Assembly (NCBI GenBank): GCA_017609535.1
Contig: JAFCDU010000001.1
Span: 4,782-68,781, forward strand
Length of the DNA: 64,000 nucleotides
Origin: Candidatus Pacearchaeota archaeon
Lineage (GTDB): Archaea; Nanobdellota; Nanobdellia; Pacearchaeales; GW2011-AR1
Reading direction: 5' to 3'
Position numbers and translations under genes: made by a program. The first letter of the stretch is position 1. Every line of letters starts with the position of its first letter. The notes under the pieces were generated by a model. That model saw only the letters and a program-made list of their open reading frames with translations. It was not told the origin of the DNA and made no database searches. Positions 1 to 9,641 of the stretch are shown piece after piece.

Positions 1-712
1 GCAAATCCTTATAATTAGAAACCTCAATCTGTTCAGTCGGCTCTCCTGCAATCTGAATCGGCAGATTCTCAGCCAAAAAAACAATCTCCTCCTCGCTGGG
101 AAGATATTGCAAATTCGTAACCCTCTCATGATAATCATAATTCTCAGTCACATATCTTCTAACCTCTTTTTCATCAGAATCATACTTAGCAAATCCAAAC
201 AACTCCCTCAAATAATCAATCAACATTAACACCATACAAGTTGCTGTTGTTCCTGCTGAACGAATAGGGCCTGAAAAATAGGCAATAAAATACCCCTCTC
301 CTTTTCTGGTTTTTCCCAATTTTAACTGAGTAAACCCCTCAATAGGAGAAGCAACAACACCCAAAGTATTATAAGCAAATCCAACCCTAATACCTGCCTC
401 AATCGCCTGCAACAAACTCTCAAATTTGCAAAATTTTTCTTTTGCAACCTCCTCTGCAATCTTAAAACTAACAGCAGCATCTAACTGCCCATACTGCTCC
501 TCTAATTCTAAAATCCTCTTAGTAACCCCAGAGCCCTTTAATTGAGGATACAATGTAGAAATCAAGCCAACAGCTTTCTCTGCAAGAGACATTGCCAACG
601 GAATCTCAACTTCATCAACTGGATCAAGCCCCTTTTTTCTTGCCTCCTCTGCAATTGCATACTCTCTCCTAACCCTCTTAACAAGCATTTCAAAATATTT
701 TTCAGTTTCCAT
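1..712 (-). CDS. DNA polymerase II (PolD) large subunit DP2, N-terminal ~237 codons only (gene continues beyond window start)
   Basis: Reverse-strand translation from ATG at 712 reads METEKYFEMLVKRVRREYAIAEEARKKGLDPVDEVEIPLA..., which closely resembles the DP2 N-terminus. The ORF track missed it because it runs off the window. It lies downstream of DP1 in an orc1-DP1-DP2 operon. Confidence 0.8.
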   Translation of the reverse strand, partial: METEKYFEMLVKRVRREYAIAEEARKKGLDPVDEVEIPLAMSLAEKAVGLISTLYPQLKGSGVTKRILELEEQYGQLDAAVSFKIAEEVAKEKFCKFESLLQAIEAGIRVGFAYNTLGVVASPIEGFTQLKLGKTRKGEGYFIAYFSGPIRSAGTTATCMVLMLIDYLRELFGFAKYDSDEKEVRRYVTENYDYHERVTNLQYLPSEEEIVFLAENLPIQIAGEPTEQIEVSNYKDL

Positions 713-759
713 ATCCCATCAATAACAATTTTTTTAACAAACCAAAATTTAATAAAAAA

Positions 760-2385
760 TTAATCATTTTCTATTTTCCCCTCAACAAAATTTTCATCTG
801 AAAAATCCAAAATCTTAATCTCGCGTGTTTTCAAATTAAACAGCGGAACCTTGCACGGATCCGGCTCATTCCCAACCTTCTCTTCAAAAGGGGTCTTCGA
901 CTGCCAGCAACTCCCAGAGACAAGCAGAATATTATTATAAGTTCCAACCTCACATCTATGCCAATCACCCGTCGCTACAATATCAGGAACCTGATTAATA
1001 CATAATGCATCTTCTTTTTCAGTTGGAATATAAGTTACTGCACTATGAGTAGGACACAAATGCCTCCTCTTCAAAATTTCCTTAACAACTCTCGGCGGGT
1101 TATTGTGCCCATAATTAAGTCTAATATCTTCAATCTCTTCAGCAAAAGTATGCATTCCTGCACCATGATACATTAAAATTCTAAACCCCCCCTCAATTTC
1201 AATTAAACACGGATTCGTAACCAAAACAACATTTTCCATGCTATTAAGTTCTGGTGCATATTCCTCTCCAATCATCGGCTGTGGCTCAGCAACCCTTACT
1301 GCATCATGCTGCCCAGGACAGATGATAATTTTAATATCTTTTCTAATCTTATTAAGAATTTCAGTTAATTTTCTATATTGGTCCCTGATATCTTCAAACT
1401 CTAAACTAAAATTCTGATTTGGATAAACCCCAACGCCATCAACATTATCGCCCAATAAAAAAAGATACTTGACTTTTTTGGCAATTTCTTTCTGCTTATT
1501 ATCATCATCCTCAAGATTAATCCACTTAACAAATTTCATAATCTCCTTTTCCAAGAACATCTTGCTCCCAACATGTAAATCAGATGTAAATGCAACCCAA
1601 ACATCATCAACATGTTTCCTCTTCTCATGAAGCACGCAGTCAGGAAAAATCACATCATTTGCATACAACCATTCAGAATCTCCTGAAACAGAAAACGCAA
1701 CAATATCATCAAGCAACAAATCCTTAGCCTTATTATAAACCTCTTTCTTATTCTGATTAATCAAAATTCTCGCACTTCCGCTTAAATCCTCAACTTCTAA
1801 CATCAAATTTTTATTTTTTGTAATTCTCTTATCAAAAACAGCAGCAATAATCGTATAATTCCCTCTTCCAGAAATTCTCCTTATTGAAGTCAAATTGTCA
1901 AATTGTCTCATTTGTAAAATCTTGCTGATAGTGTTATATCTTATCCTAAAATATTTAACAAAATCATCTACACAAACTTTTTTTGGAATAATATTTGGAG
2001 CTGAAATTAATTTAATTTTTTTATCGTTCTCCTTCTTTGTCTCCGCAAGCTCTGTTCTTTCATACCCAAAATTAATAAAAAATTTTTCCATTATCATTTT
2101 GCTCTTTCCATCAACAAAATTTCTAATTTTTTCCATATTCTTTGAAAAAACCGTTTTTGTAATCACCCTCTCCCCAATCCCCAAACCCTCAATGCTCTCA
2201 ATCACCTTTCTCGCTTCATCCTCTTCTAATTCAGAAAAAATCTCCAGCATCTCCCTATCTAACAAAAATCCCTTCTCCATACAAATCTTTAAAAGTTCTT
2301 TCTTGTTTTCAGCTTCCATTAAAACTCTTAAAATATTTATCAGATTGTAAATTATATCTTCCACATCCCAACATCTTAAATTCAT
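760..2385 (-). CDS. DNA polymerase II (PolD) small subunit DP1 (calcineurin-like phosphoesterase exonuclease subunit)
   Basis: 541-aa ORF with a C-terminal metallophosphoesterase domain (GDNVD, GQHD, TGDWH motifs). It sits between orc1 and the DP2 gene on the same strand. Confidence 0.8.
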   Translation of the reverse strand: MNLRCWDVEDIIYNLINILRVLMEAENKKELLKICMEKGFLLDREMLEIFSELEEDEARKVIESIEGLGIGERVITKTVFSKNMEKIRNFVDGKSKMIMEKFFINFGYERTELAETKKENDKKIKLISAPNIIPKKVCVDDFVKYFRIRYNTISKILQMRQFDNLTSIRRISGRGNYTIIAAVFDKRITKNKNLMLEVEDLSGSARILINQNKKEVYNKAKDLLLDDIVAFSVSGDSEWLYANDVIFPDCVLHEKRKHVDDVWVAFTSDLHVGSKMFLEKEIMKFVKWINLEDDDNKQKEIAKKVKYLFLLGDNVDGVGVYPNQNFSLEFEDIRDQYRKLTEILNKIRKDIKIIICPGQHDAVRVAEPQPMIGEEYAPELNSMENVVLVTNPCLIEIEGGFRILMYHGAGMHTFAEEIEDIRLNYGHNNPPRVVKEILKRRHLCPTHSAVTYIPTEKEDALCINQVPDIVATGDWHRCEVGTYNNILLVSGSCWQSKTPFEEKVGNEPDPCKVPLFNLKTREIKILDFSDENFVEGKIEND

Positions 2386-2399
2386 TTAATCTATCCATC

Positions 2400-3626
2400 T
2401 CACAACCCCAAACTTTCAATCATAATACTCTCAACTTTCCCATGTAAATTACTTGGAATTGACAGCTTAATCTCCCTCGTCCGCCCATGCCTGCCCTTAG
2501 AAATCACTTTAGCATTAATCAATCCAAGCATATCAATTTCAGCAATAATATCTGATACCCTCCTCTGAGTCAAAACCTCTGTCTTGATTCTATCGCACAG
2601 CTCCTGGTAATAATTATAAACATCACCTGTAAAAATCTTATCAAAATTCTTAGATTGCTTAATCTGTTTAGTCAGCTGAAAAATAGAATATAAAACAAGC
2701 TGAAACTGCTTCGGCTCTGTCTCAACAATATCTAAAATCTTGTCCCTCTCTATTTTTTCATTAGCCAAATCAATAAATCTCAGCTCAACATTCTTACTGC
2801 CCTCCCTTTCAGACAACTCTCCTGCAATTCTCATTAAATCCAATGCTCTTCGCGCATCACCATGCTCTCTTGCTGCATATGCTGCGCATTTCGCAATAAC
2901 CCCCTCATCCACCACCCCCTCTTTAAACGCTTTCTTGCACCTCTCCTGCAAAATATCCTGCAGCTGCAACGCATTGTAAGGTGGAAAAACAATCTCCTCC
3001 TCGCCAAGAGAACTTCTTACTCTCGGATCAACATTATCTAAGAAAGTTACATCATTTGAAATGCCAATCAAACTAATTTGTGCCTTGCTCAATTCTGAAT
3101 TCAATCTTGTCAAATTATAAATAAACCCGTCTGAAATTTTATTAACAGCATTATCAATCTCATCAAAAATTAAAACAACTAACTGATTTTTATTGTCAAT
3201 TAATTCAATAAATTTAGAATAAACATGGTCCGTAGGAAGCCCTGTTGCAGGAATGCTCCCTCCAAGCTCCTTAATCAAAGCAGCCAAAATCCGATATTCA
3301 GTATCTGCAATTTTCTTCAGTTTGCAATTAAGATACTCAATCCTAACATCCACCCCCATCTGATTCGCCTTTTTCAATAATTCATCCCGAACATACTGAA
3401 CAGATAATGTCTTTCCAGTCCCTGTCTTCCCATACAAAAACAAATTACTTGGCCTCTCTCCTCTTAAAATTGAAGCTAAAATTGAAGCAACCTGTTCAAT
3501 CTGCTTATCCCTATGTGGAATGCTTTCAGGAGTATGATTCGCCTGCAAAATACTCTTATCTCTAAATAAAGAATTCTCAACAGCAGATTCAAAAATATTG
3601 TCTAACTCAACAGCCATCTTCCTCAA
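2400..3626 (-). CDS. orc1: Orc1/Cdc6 replication initiator (AAA+ ATPase with C-terminal winged helix)
   Basis: Walker A YGKTGTGKT, Walker B LVVLIFDEID, 408 aa. A GGGGGTTGAGGAAG Shine-Dalgarno-like element precedes the ATG. Confidence 0.9.
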   Translation of the reverse strand: MRKMAVELDNIFESAVENSLFRDKSILQANHTPESIPHRDKQIEQVASILASILRGERPSNLFLYGKTGTGKTLSVQYVRDELLKKANQMGVDVRIEYLNCKLKKIADTEYRILAALIKELGGSIPATGLPTDHVYSKFIELIDNKNQLVVLIFDEIDNAVNKISDGFIYNLTRLNSELSKAQISLIGISNDVTFLDNVDPRVRSSLGEEEIVFPPYNALQLQDILQERCKKAFKEGVVDEGVIAKCAAYAAREHGDARRALDLMRIAGELSEREGSKNVELRFIDLANEKIERDKILDIVETEPKQFQLVLYSIFQLTKQIKQSKNFDKIFTGDVYNYYQELCDRIKTEVLTQRRVSDIIAEIDMLGLINAKVISKGRHGRTREIKLSIPSNLHGKVESIMIESLGL

Positions 3627-4049
3627 CCCCCTTTTAATCCTTCACAAAATACCCCCAATCTATTTAAACTTTCCTATACTTGAAAATATAAATTATCACC
3701 CCCATTTCAAATGGAGCAAAAAACTCAAAAAATCTAAAAAATCAATCTTAAATCGTCGAAAACATCAAAAAACCCCTACCCCCTTATTTCCTCTCCAAAT
3801 GAAATTAAAACAAACAAATTAACAACTAAAAGAATTCCATATAAATATAACATAACTATCAAACAAAAAAACAGCAATAATAAATCCCTAACTATTCAAC
3901 AAAAAACAAGTAATAATAAATCCATAATTGTATATAATTAATCTAACAAAACCTTCAACAAAAACTATAATAATCCATAATTCACATAAAACCCTTTTCA
4001 TATAATTTCACATAAAAAAATATTATAAAAAATAATTCTACAAAACTAA

Positions 4050-4125
4050 CTAAAACCAACTAAAACCATAAATCTAAAACCATAATCAATCAATAATAAC
4101 CATTTAACAAAACTATCTAAAACCA
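4050..4125. repeat. Four dispersed copies of CTAAAACCA(A/T)
   Basis: Copies at 4050, 4060, 4074 and 4117, read directly. Confidence 0.7.
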
Positions 4126-4199
4126 TATCTGATTTAACATATCCAAAAAACATAGAGAAATAGGCAGTATATAATAAAACAAAAAACATAGAGAAAAAG

Positions 4200-4237
4200 T
4201 TATAATTAATGGTTATAATTAATGGTTATAATTCAAT
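4200..4237. repeat. Tandem repeat TTATAATTAATGG, about 2.9 copies
   Basis: ttataattaatgg ttataattaatgg ttataattcaat, read directly. Confidence 0.8.
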
Positions 4238-4359
4238 ATATATAATAAAATATATAAAATCTTATAAATAAAAAATAAAAAACCCTCCAAACCTCCCTTT
4301 AAAAACATTTCCAAAAGAAATCATAGGGTGGGAGAACATATCTAATCATTTACAGAAAC

Positions 4360-4369
4360 ATTTATAAAA
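4360..4369 (+). promoter_or_regulatory. TATA-box-like element for the PRC-barrel gene
   Basis: catTTATAAAAac about 22-28 nt upstream of ATG 4390. Confidence 0.3.
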
Positions 4370-4389
4370 ACAATCAATTTAATTCTAAA

Positions 4390-4644
4390 ATGGAGAAACG
4401 CCCTCTAAAATTACTTTTAGGAAAACAAATAGTAACAAAAGAAGGTAAACGATTAGGTTCAATTAAGGACATAACCTTTGAAACAAAAACAGGAGAACTA
4501 ATTCATCTTGTTTTAAAGGACCTCACAACCTATACCTCAAACCTATCTTTAGAAAGAACAGCCGATAGGGAAGCTTTAGTCCCTTTCTCAGCAGTGATTG
4601 CTGTAGGGGATTTTGTTGTGGTTTCTGAAGAAGATTTAATATAA
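4390..4644 (+). CDS. PRC-barrel domain protein
   Basis: 84 aa with a GKxVxxxxGxxLGxIxD-like core typical of small archaeal PRC-barrel proteins. A TATA-like TTTATAAAA lies about 25 nt upstream, suggesting a leaderless transcript. Confidence 0.55.
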   Translation: MEKRPLKLLLGKQIVTKEGKRLGSIKDITFETKTGELIHLVLKDLTTYTSNLSLERTADREALVPFSAVIAVGDFVVVSEEDLI

Positions 4645-4847
4645 ATTATTTTTAATAATCATAAAATAATTCTAAAATAAATCTTAATAATCACCTTACA
4701 AACCCCCTAAAGACTCGCAAAATTCTAAAACATCGATTAATCCCTGCCCTTTTTACTTGCAATCCAAGCCATTTTTCTAAATATTCTGTTTATAACCACA
4801 TAAAACATCAACATAAAACTTAAAAACAATCCTTATCAACTAATATC

Positions 4848-5108
4848 ATGGAAGCAAAATTACTTGGATTTAATTTAACAAAAATTAATGTAGAAAAAAA
4901 TCAAGATTATCAAGGAGAAGTCCAGTTAAAATCAAACATCGATATAACATCCATTGAAAAACATGAATCAGAAATTAACACATTAATAATAAATATAATT
5001 CTTCAAAGATGCACCCTTCGTGCTCTGCAATTAGAAGAGGAACTTGCACTTCCATTCCATATTCAATTGCCACAGGCAAAATTACAGGCCCCAAAAGAAT
5101 CGAAATAA
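4848..5108 (+). CDS. Hypothetical small protein
   Basis: 86-aa ORF with no recognisable domain and no clear RBS. Confidence 0.25.
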   Translation: MEAKLLGFNLTKINVEKNQDYQGEVQLKSNIDITSIEKHESEINTLIINIILQRCTLRALQLEEELALPFHIQLPQAKLQAPKESK

Positions 5109-5120
5109 TTTTAATCCTTC

Positions 5121-5132
5121 TTTTCTATAATT
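5121..5132 (+). promoter_or_regulatory. A/T box (TTTTCTATAATT) upstream of tRNA-Ser
   Basis: Lies about 20-25 nt upstream of the tRNA 5' end, as is typical of archaeal tRNA promoters. Confidence 0.3.
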
Positions 5133-5146
5133 AATTATTAACTTTT

Positions 5147-5226
5147 GCCCGCATCGCATAATGGTATTGCACTGGTCTCGAAAACCAGGTCCTATGGACA
5201 TCTCCGTTCGATTCGGAGTGCGGGCG
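5147..5226 (+). tRNA. tRNA-Ser (anticodon CGA), type II with long variable arm
   Basis: Acceptor GCCCGCA/TGCGGGC. Anticodon stem CTGGT/ACCAG with loop CTCGAAA. Variable arm GTCC-TAT-GGAC. T arm CTCCG-TTCGATT-CGGAG. Discriminator G, CCA not encoded. Confidence 0.85.
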
Positions 5227-5251
5227 TTCTTTACTTTATTCTGCAAATGCG

Positions 5252-5953
5252 TTATTTCATCTTGCCAAAATCATAAACCTTATCAGCCACAACAAAAATC
5301 CTCCCCTTTAATCCAAACAAATCACTCCCCGCCTCAAGTGGAAAAAAACTCGGCACAATAATCCATTTCTTCTTTTTATATTTCCCAAAAACAAAACACT
5401 TAAACTTCTCTTGCTTCTCACCATCATTAATCTTAACAGCTGGATGAAAATGTCCTGTCACAATCAATTTTATTTTTTTGTCTTCAATCTTTCTCTGAAA
5501 TTTCTCAAAATCCCTCTTATTTCCATGAAAAAACAAAACTCCTTCAACATCATAAAAATCTTTCAAAAAAATTCTCCCCCTAAACTTATCTTTATTGACA
5601 ATTGGTTCTAAAATATTGTCATGATTTCCCTTGACAATTACAATCCTTCCAGATTTATACAAATGCTTCTTAAATATCTCAACTAATTTATAAAAATCCT
5701 CAAACTCCTTTTTCAAAATCCCGCCAAAATAATGCTTAACATCTCCAAGCAAAACAATTTTTTTAACCCTGCCAGTTTTTTTGAAAATTGCATCAAAAAT
5801 CTTGAGCGTCTCTTCCATCTGCGTCTTTGGAAAAACCCACCCCCTCTCATTTAAATAATTCTCATAACCCAAATGCAAATCTCCAATTATCAAAATCTTG
5901 TTTTCCTTCCAAAACAAACATCTGTCAATTGCATCAAACCTTTCTATTTTCAT
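5252..5953 (-). CDS. Metallophosphoesterase (calcineurin-like; MPE partner of the Lhr helicase)
   Basis: Motifs IIGDLHLG, LLGDV, VKGNHD, GHFH. Its start overlaps the helicase stop (ATGA). Confidence 0.75.
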   Translation of the reverse strand: MKIERFDAIDRCLFWKENKILIIGDLHLGYENYLNERGWVFPKTQMEETLKIFDAIFKKTGRVKKIVLLGDVKHYFGGILKKEFEDFYKLVEIFKKHLYKSGRIVIVKGNHDNILEPIVNKDKFRGRIFLKDFYDVEGVLFFHGNKRDFEKFQRKIEDKKIKLIVTGHFHPAVKINDGEKQEKFKCFVFGKYKKKKWIIVPSFFPLEAGSDLFGLKGRIFVVADKVYDFGKMK

Positions 5954-8553
5954 TTTCTTAACTCTGCATAAACCCTCCTAATAAACTCAATCTTATCTTC
6001 AATCTTAATAACATCAGCATAACCCTGCAGAATCAAATTAATTGCAAATGGACTAACAACGCGCGTGTTTTTTTTCACAATCTTAATTTTTCCAGATTCA
6101 ATCCATTCTAAAACTTTTTCTGCATTCTTAATATCCATCAAATCCTCTAAAACCTCTCGTCTAGCTTCTTTCAAAATTGGAAAATTCTTTGTTTTCTTCT
6201 TCACAGCCGCAAGAATAAAATGCGAGGACATCTCTTGTTTTCCAACTGACTTAATTCTCCCCTTATAGTTTCTTAAAATCATAAGGCCTCGAGCAGCACA
6301 ATGCCTAAACCTTCGTTTTAAAATCTCTGTCTTCTCAATTGCCTCATCCAAAATCTTCCGAATATTTTCCTTTCTCAATTTCTTAAATGCCTTTTCAACC
6401 TGATTCAAATCCCCTCCTGAAATATAAAATCCATTGTCAGTGATTCCAATCCCAACATCCCTGCCTCTGGCAGAAGCAACTAAATAGCCAACAGCCCGCG
6501 ATAAAGCGTCATTGACCCTCCTCCCAAACAAAGTATGAAACAGCAAGTAATTCTTTTCAGCCCGATATTCTTCAATTAAAATCTTATTCTCATTAGGAAT
6601 AATAGAAAATTCCTTCTGGTCTTTAAAATAATTATAAATTGTCTCAGCAGTCTTATTGTCGCAATACAAATAATCCTTAATAAATCGCAGAACATCTTTT
6701 TTCCCATCCTTCATTCGTTCATCCATATATTTTCTAAATTTCCCAATACTAACCGCAGTATCAAAACTCAATGGAAGCATTTCAGAAAACCATGAAGGAA
6801 TTGTCGGACTTTTAATCGAGCGCTTAACATAAACATTCATTCCTTTTGTATACATAAACTGATACCTGCTCCCTCCCAAAACAAAAACATCCCCCTTCTT
6901 CAGTTTTTCTAAAAACAATTCATCAATTTTCCCAACAATTTTCCCATTTTCAACAACATTAACATAACTTTCATCAGGAATAGTTCCAATATTAGTCATA
7001 TAAATAACTCTTGCTAATTTTCCTTTCTTCCCAATCTCCCTCCTTTCTTCATCATACCAAATCTTAGAATAAACATGGCTTTTTTCCAATTCATACTCTC
7101 CAGCAAGATACGAAACAACATTAAAAAAATCCTCTCTTGTCAAATTTCTATAGCAATAACTCCTTCTAATCAAAGAAAACATCTCATCAACATTCCATCT
7201 TTTATTAATAGCCATTCCATAAATATGCTGAGCCAAAACATCCAAACAATTTTCAGGAATGTGGATTTCATCAATTCTTTTCTCAATACTATTCTTCAAA
7301 ATTAAAGCACATTCAACCAAATCATCAACATCATAAACAACAAAACATCCTTTTGCAATTGCATGAAGCTTATGCCCTGCTCTTCCAATCCTTTGCATGG
7401 CTCTTGCTACGCCCTTTGGACTTCCTAATAAAATTACTAAATCAATAAAACCAATATCAATCCCCAATTCAAGAGAAGTAGAGCATACAACAGCCTTTAA
7501 TTTTCCATTCCTAAGCCGCTCTTCAATTGAAAACCTATGTTCTTTTGAAAGCGAAGAATGATGCGCCCCAATCAATGGCTCTGTTTCCCCGCTTTCAGAA
7601 TCAATATTCTCATACTTCCCAGGAAACTTTTCTTTTAAATTATGAACAACCCTCTCAGTCGCAGCCCGCGTATTAGTAAAAATTAATGTTGTTTTATGCT
7701 GTTCAATAAGTTCATCAATCAATCGATACAAATTGGAATCCAACTCAATAGGGTTAGTCTCTAAAAAATCCTTTACAGGAGTCGCAATACTTAAATTCAG
7801 CCTTTTTTCCAATTCAACAGACGCAATTTTGCAATCCCTATCCCCGACAAGATAATGAGCAACCCTCTCCAACGGTGCAATAGTAGCACTCAATCCAATT
7901 CTAGTAAACTCAATTTTTGACAGATTCTGCAATCTTTCTAAGGTCAAACTCAAATGAACCCCCCGCTTATTCTCAGCAAGCGAATGAATCTCATCAACAA
8001 TAACAAACTCCAGCAAAGAAAATTTTTCAGAAAACTTAGGAGAATTAATCATAATAGCCAAACTTTCAGGCGTTGTAACTAAAATATGAGGAACTTTTTT
8101 TAACATCTTTACTCGCTCCTTAGTTTCAGTGTCCCCTGTCCGCAGATTAACTTTAATCTCCTGCATTTCAATACCTTTTTCTTTAGCAAGTTTATTAATC
8201 TCCTCTAATGGACGAACAAGATTAACATATATATCATTGCTCAATGCTTTCAAAGGAGAACAATAAACAGCATAGACCCTATTATCTAACTCTTTTTTCT
8301 TAGCAATTGAAACAAGATAATTTAAAATACTTAAAAAGGCAGTCAGAGTTTTAGTCCCTCCTGTAGGAGCAGAAATCAATATATTTTTCCTATGAAATAC
8401 AGGCAATACACCATATAATTGAGTCCTGCTGAAATTCCTAAATCGCGAAAAAAACCACTCTCTAACTAAAGGGTCCAAACTATCAATAATCAACCTGCTG
8501 TCATATTCTTTAATGAACTCAAATCTCCCCATCTTATTTAGAATAATGAACAA
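5950..8553 (-). CDS. lhr: Lhr-type superfamily 2 ATP-dependent DNA helicase (DEAH/DEIH box)
   Basis: Motif I APTGGTKT, motif II VIVDEIHSL, motif III LSAT, HHSSLSKEHR, motif VI QRIGRAGH, and a long Lhr-like C-terminal domain. The true start may be the ATG at 8532 (MGRFEF). Confidence 0.8.
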   Translation of the reverse strand: MFIILNKMGRFEFIKEYDSRLIIDSLDPLVREWFFSRFRNFSRTQLYGVLPVFHRKNILISAPTGGTKTLTAFLSILNYLVSIAKKKELDNRVYAVYCSPLKALSNDIYVNLVRPLEEINKLAKEKGIEMQEIKVNLRTGDTETKERVKMLKKVPHILVTTPESLAIMINSPKFSEKFSLLEFVIVDEIHSLAENKRGVHLSLTLERLQNLSKIEFTRIGLSATIAPLERVAHYLVGDRDCKIASVELEKRLNLSIATPVKDFLETNPIELDSNLYRLIDELIEQHKTTLIFTNTRAATERVVHNLKEKFPGKYENIDSESGETEPLIGAHHSSLSKEHRFSIEERLRNGKLKAVVCSTSLELGIDIGFIDLVILLGSPKGVARAMQRIGRAGHKLHAIAKGCFVVYDVDDLVECALILKNSIEKRIDEIHIPENCLDVLAQHIYGMAINKRWNVDEMFSLIRRSYCYRNLTREDFFNVVSYLAGEYELEKSHVYSKIWYDEERREIGKKGKLARVIYMTNIGTIPDESYVNVVENGKIVGKIDELFLEKLKKGDVFVLGGSRYQFMYTKGMNVYVKRSIKSPTIPSWFSEMLPLSFDTAVSIGKFRKYMDERMKDGKKDVLRFIKDYLYCDNKTAETIYNYFKDQKEFSIIPNENKILIEEYRAEKNYLLFHTLFGRRVNDALSRAVGYLVASARGRDVGIGITDNGFYISGGDLNQVEKAFKKLRKENIRKILDEAIEKTEILKRRFRHCAARGLMILRNYKGRIKSVGKQEMSSHFILAAVKKKTKNFPILKEARREVLEDLMDIKNAEKVLEWIESGKIKIVKKNTRVVSPFAINLILQGYADVIKIEDKIEFIRRVYAELRK

Positions 8554-8612
8554 TTAAATAATCTAACTGCCCAATGTAATAAACTATAAAAACCGAATAA
8601 CTTTATAGATGT

Positions 8613-8897
8613 ATGCCAAAAATTAGCCAAGAAAAAAAACAAAAAATCCAAGAACAAATTTTATTTTATTTATATAATTCCTTCCCAACACCAAAGTTCA
8701 TATCAGATATTTCTAAAGAATTAGCAAGAGATGAGGAGTTTATAAAAATCCTAATAAATGAATTACTAAAAAAAGGGCTTGTTATAAAAATTGATAAAAA
8801 TCCAAAAGGCATAAAATACCTAAAAAGGCTTCGCTGGAGACTCTCAAATAAAGCCCATGAAGCATATTCAAAACAGCAAAGACTTAATCACAAATAA
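8613..8897 (+). CDS. Small winged-helix-like DNA-binding protein (hypothetical)
   Basis: 94 aa, basic, with a predicted HTH segment ISDISKELARDEEFIKILINELLKKGLV. Confidence 0.4.
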   Translation: MPKISQEKKQKIQEQILFYLYNSFPTPKFISDISKELARDEEFIKILINELLKKGLVIKIDKNPKGIKYLKRLRWRLSNKAHEAYSKQQRLNHK

Positions 8898-8927
8898 AAT
8901 TATAAACAATGACCCTCTTCTAAAAAA

Positions 8928-9545
8928 ATGGACCCAATTAAAGAAGCATTTCAAAAAGTCAAAGCTGAAATCTTAGATTTAAAGAAAGAAATTCAAGAAA
9001 TAAAACAAGAACTTCAACAGACAGACAATCCAACAGACAATCCAACACATATTCCAACACTTATCACTCTTTCAGAGCCTCTGAAACAGCCAAATTTGGC
9101 ATTTTCCACAAGAAACAGGGGGGTTCCAACAGACAATCCAACCAACAAACCAACACACCAACAGACAGACAAAAGCAATGAAAATCTATCATATCAAGCC
9201 AATTTTGATGATTTTGAACAAGCCCGCAAAATCTTAGATTCCTTAGATAACATAAAAAAGGAAATTCGCCTTAAATTTAAGCGCCTAACACCTAAGGAAA
9301 TGCTCGTTTTTTCCACAATTTATCAATTAGAAGAGAGAAATATAGAAGAGATTACCCATAAGATTTTGGCAAATATCCTTAATTTAAGTGAATCCTCTAT
9401 TAGAGAATATATAAATAAACTTACAAAAAAAGGGATCCCCATACTAAAAATACGCCAAAATAACAGGAAAATCCTCTTAAAAATCTCACAAGACCTCAAA
9501 AAAATTGCCAGTTTATCAACGATAATCCAATTAAGAGAACTATAA
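8928..9545 (+). CDS. Protein with N-terminal coiled coil, PTDNPT low-complexity repeats and C-terminal HTH (MarR/TrmB-like)
   Basis: 205 aa. Repeats TDNPTDNPTHIPT ... PTDNPTNKPT. C-terminal LTPKEMLVFSTIYQLEE...SESSIREYINKLTKKGI. Confidence 0.5.
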   Translation: MDPIKEAFQKVKAEILDLKKEIQEIKQELQQTDNPTDNPTHIPTLITLSEPLKQPNLAFSTRNRGVPTDNPTNKPTHQQTDKSNENLSYQANFDDFEQARKILDSLDNIKKEIRLKFKRLTPKEMLVFSTIYQLEERNIEEITHKILANILNLSESSIREYINKLTKKGIPILKIRQNNRKILLKISQDLKKIASLSTIIQLREL

Positions 9546-9641
9546 TGTCTGATTAATCGGTATACCGATTAAAAATATCCATCTTCTCTCCACTAAATTT
9601 CAATATCATCTCCTAATAAAACCTTCCTATGAAATCTAATG

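Larger units (their letters stand above)
3627..4389. other. AT-rich repeat-dense non-coding region upstream of orc1; candidate replication origin (oriC) plus promoters
   Basis: 760 bp with no supported ORF. It holds multiple short direct repeats and the palindrome CCATTTCAAATGG (3702-3714), directly upstream of the orc1-polD operon. Confidence 0.4.

Noticed and set aside
542-763. ORF-track CDS on the plus strand (73 aa)
   Set aside because: It lies entirely inside and antisense to the PolD DP2 5' coding region, which ends at the ATG at 712 on the minus strand. It is low-complexity and has no motif.
1895-2350. 151-aa plus-strand ORF (also 2740-2979, 6065-6268, 7075-7305, 16262-16453, 16741-17079, 17202-17447 and similar antisense ORFs)
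   Set aside because: They are antisense to well-supported conserved genes. They are Ser/Phe/Leu/Ile-rich, as expected from the reverse complement of Lys/Glu-rich coding sequence.
3598-3822. 74-aa plus-strand ORF in the orc1 upstream region
   Set aside because: It has a low-complexity Lys/Pro-rich translation within the repeat-dense putative origin and no RBS. It is better explained as non-coding.
5161-5361. 66-aa plus-strand ORF
   Set aside because: It overlaps tRNA-Ser (5147-5226) and the 3' end of the MPE gene.
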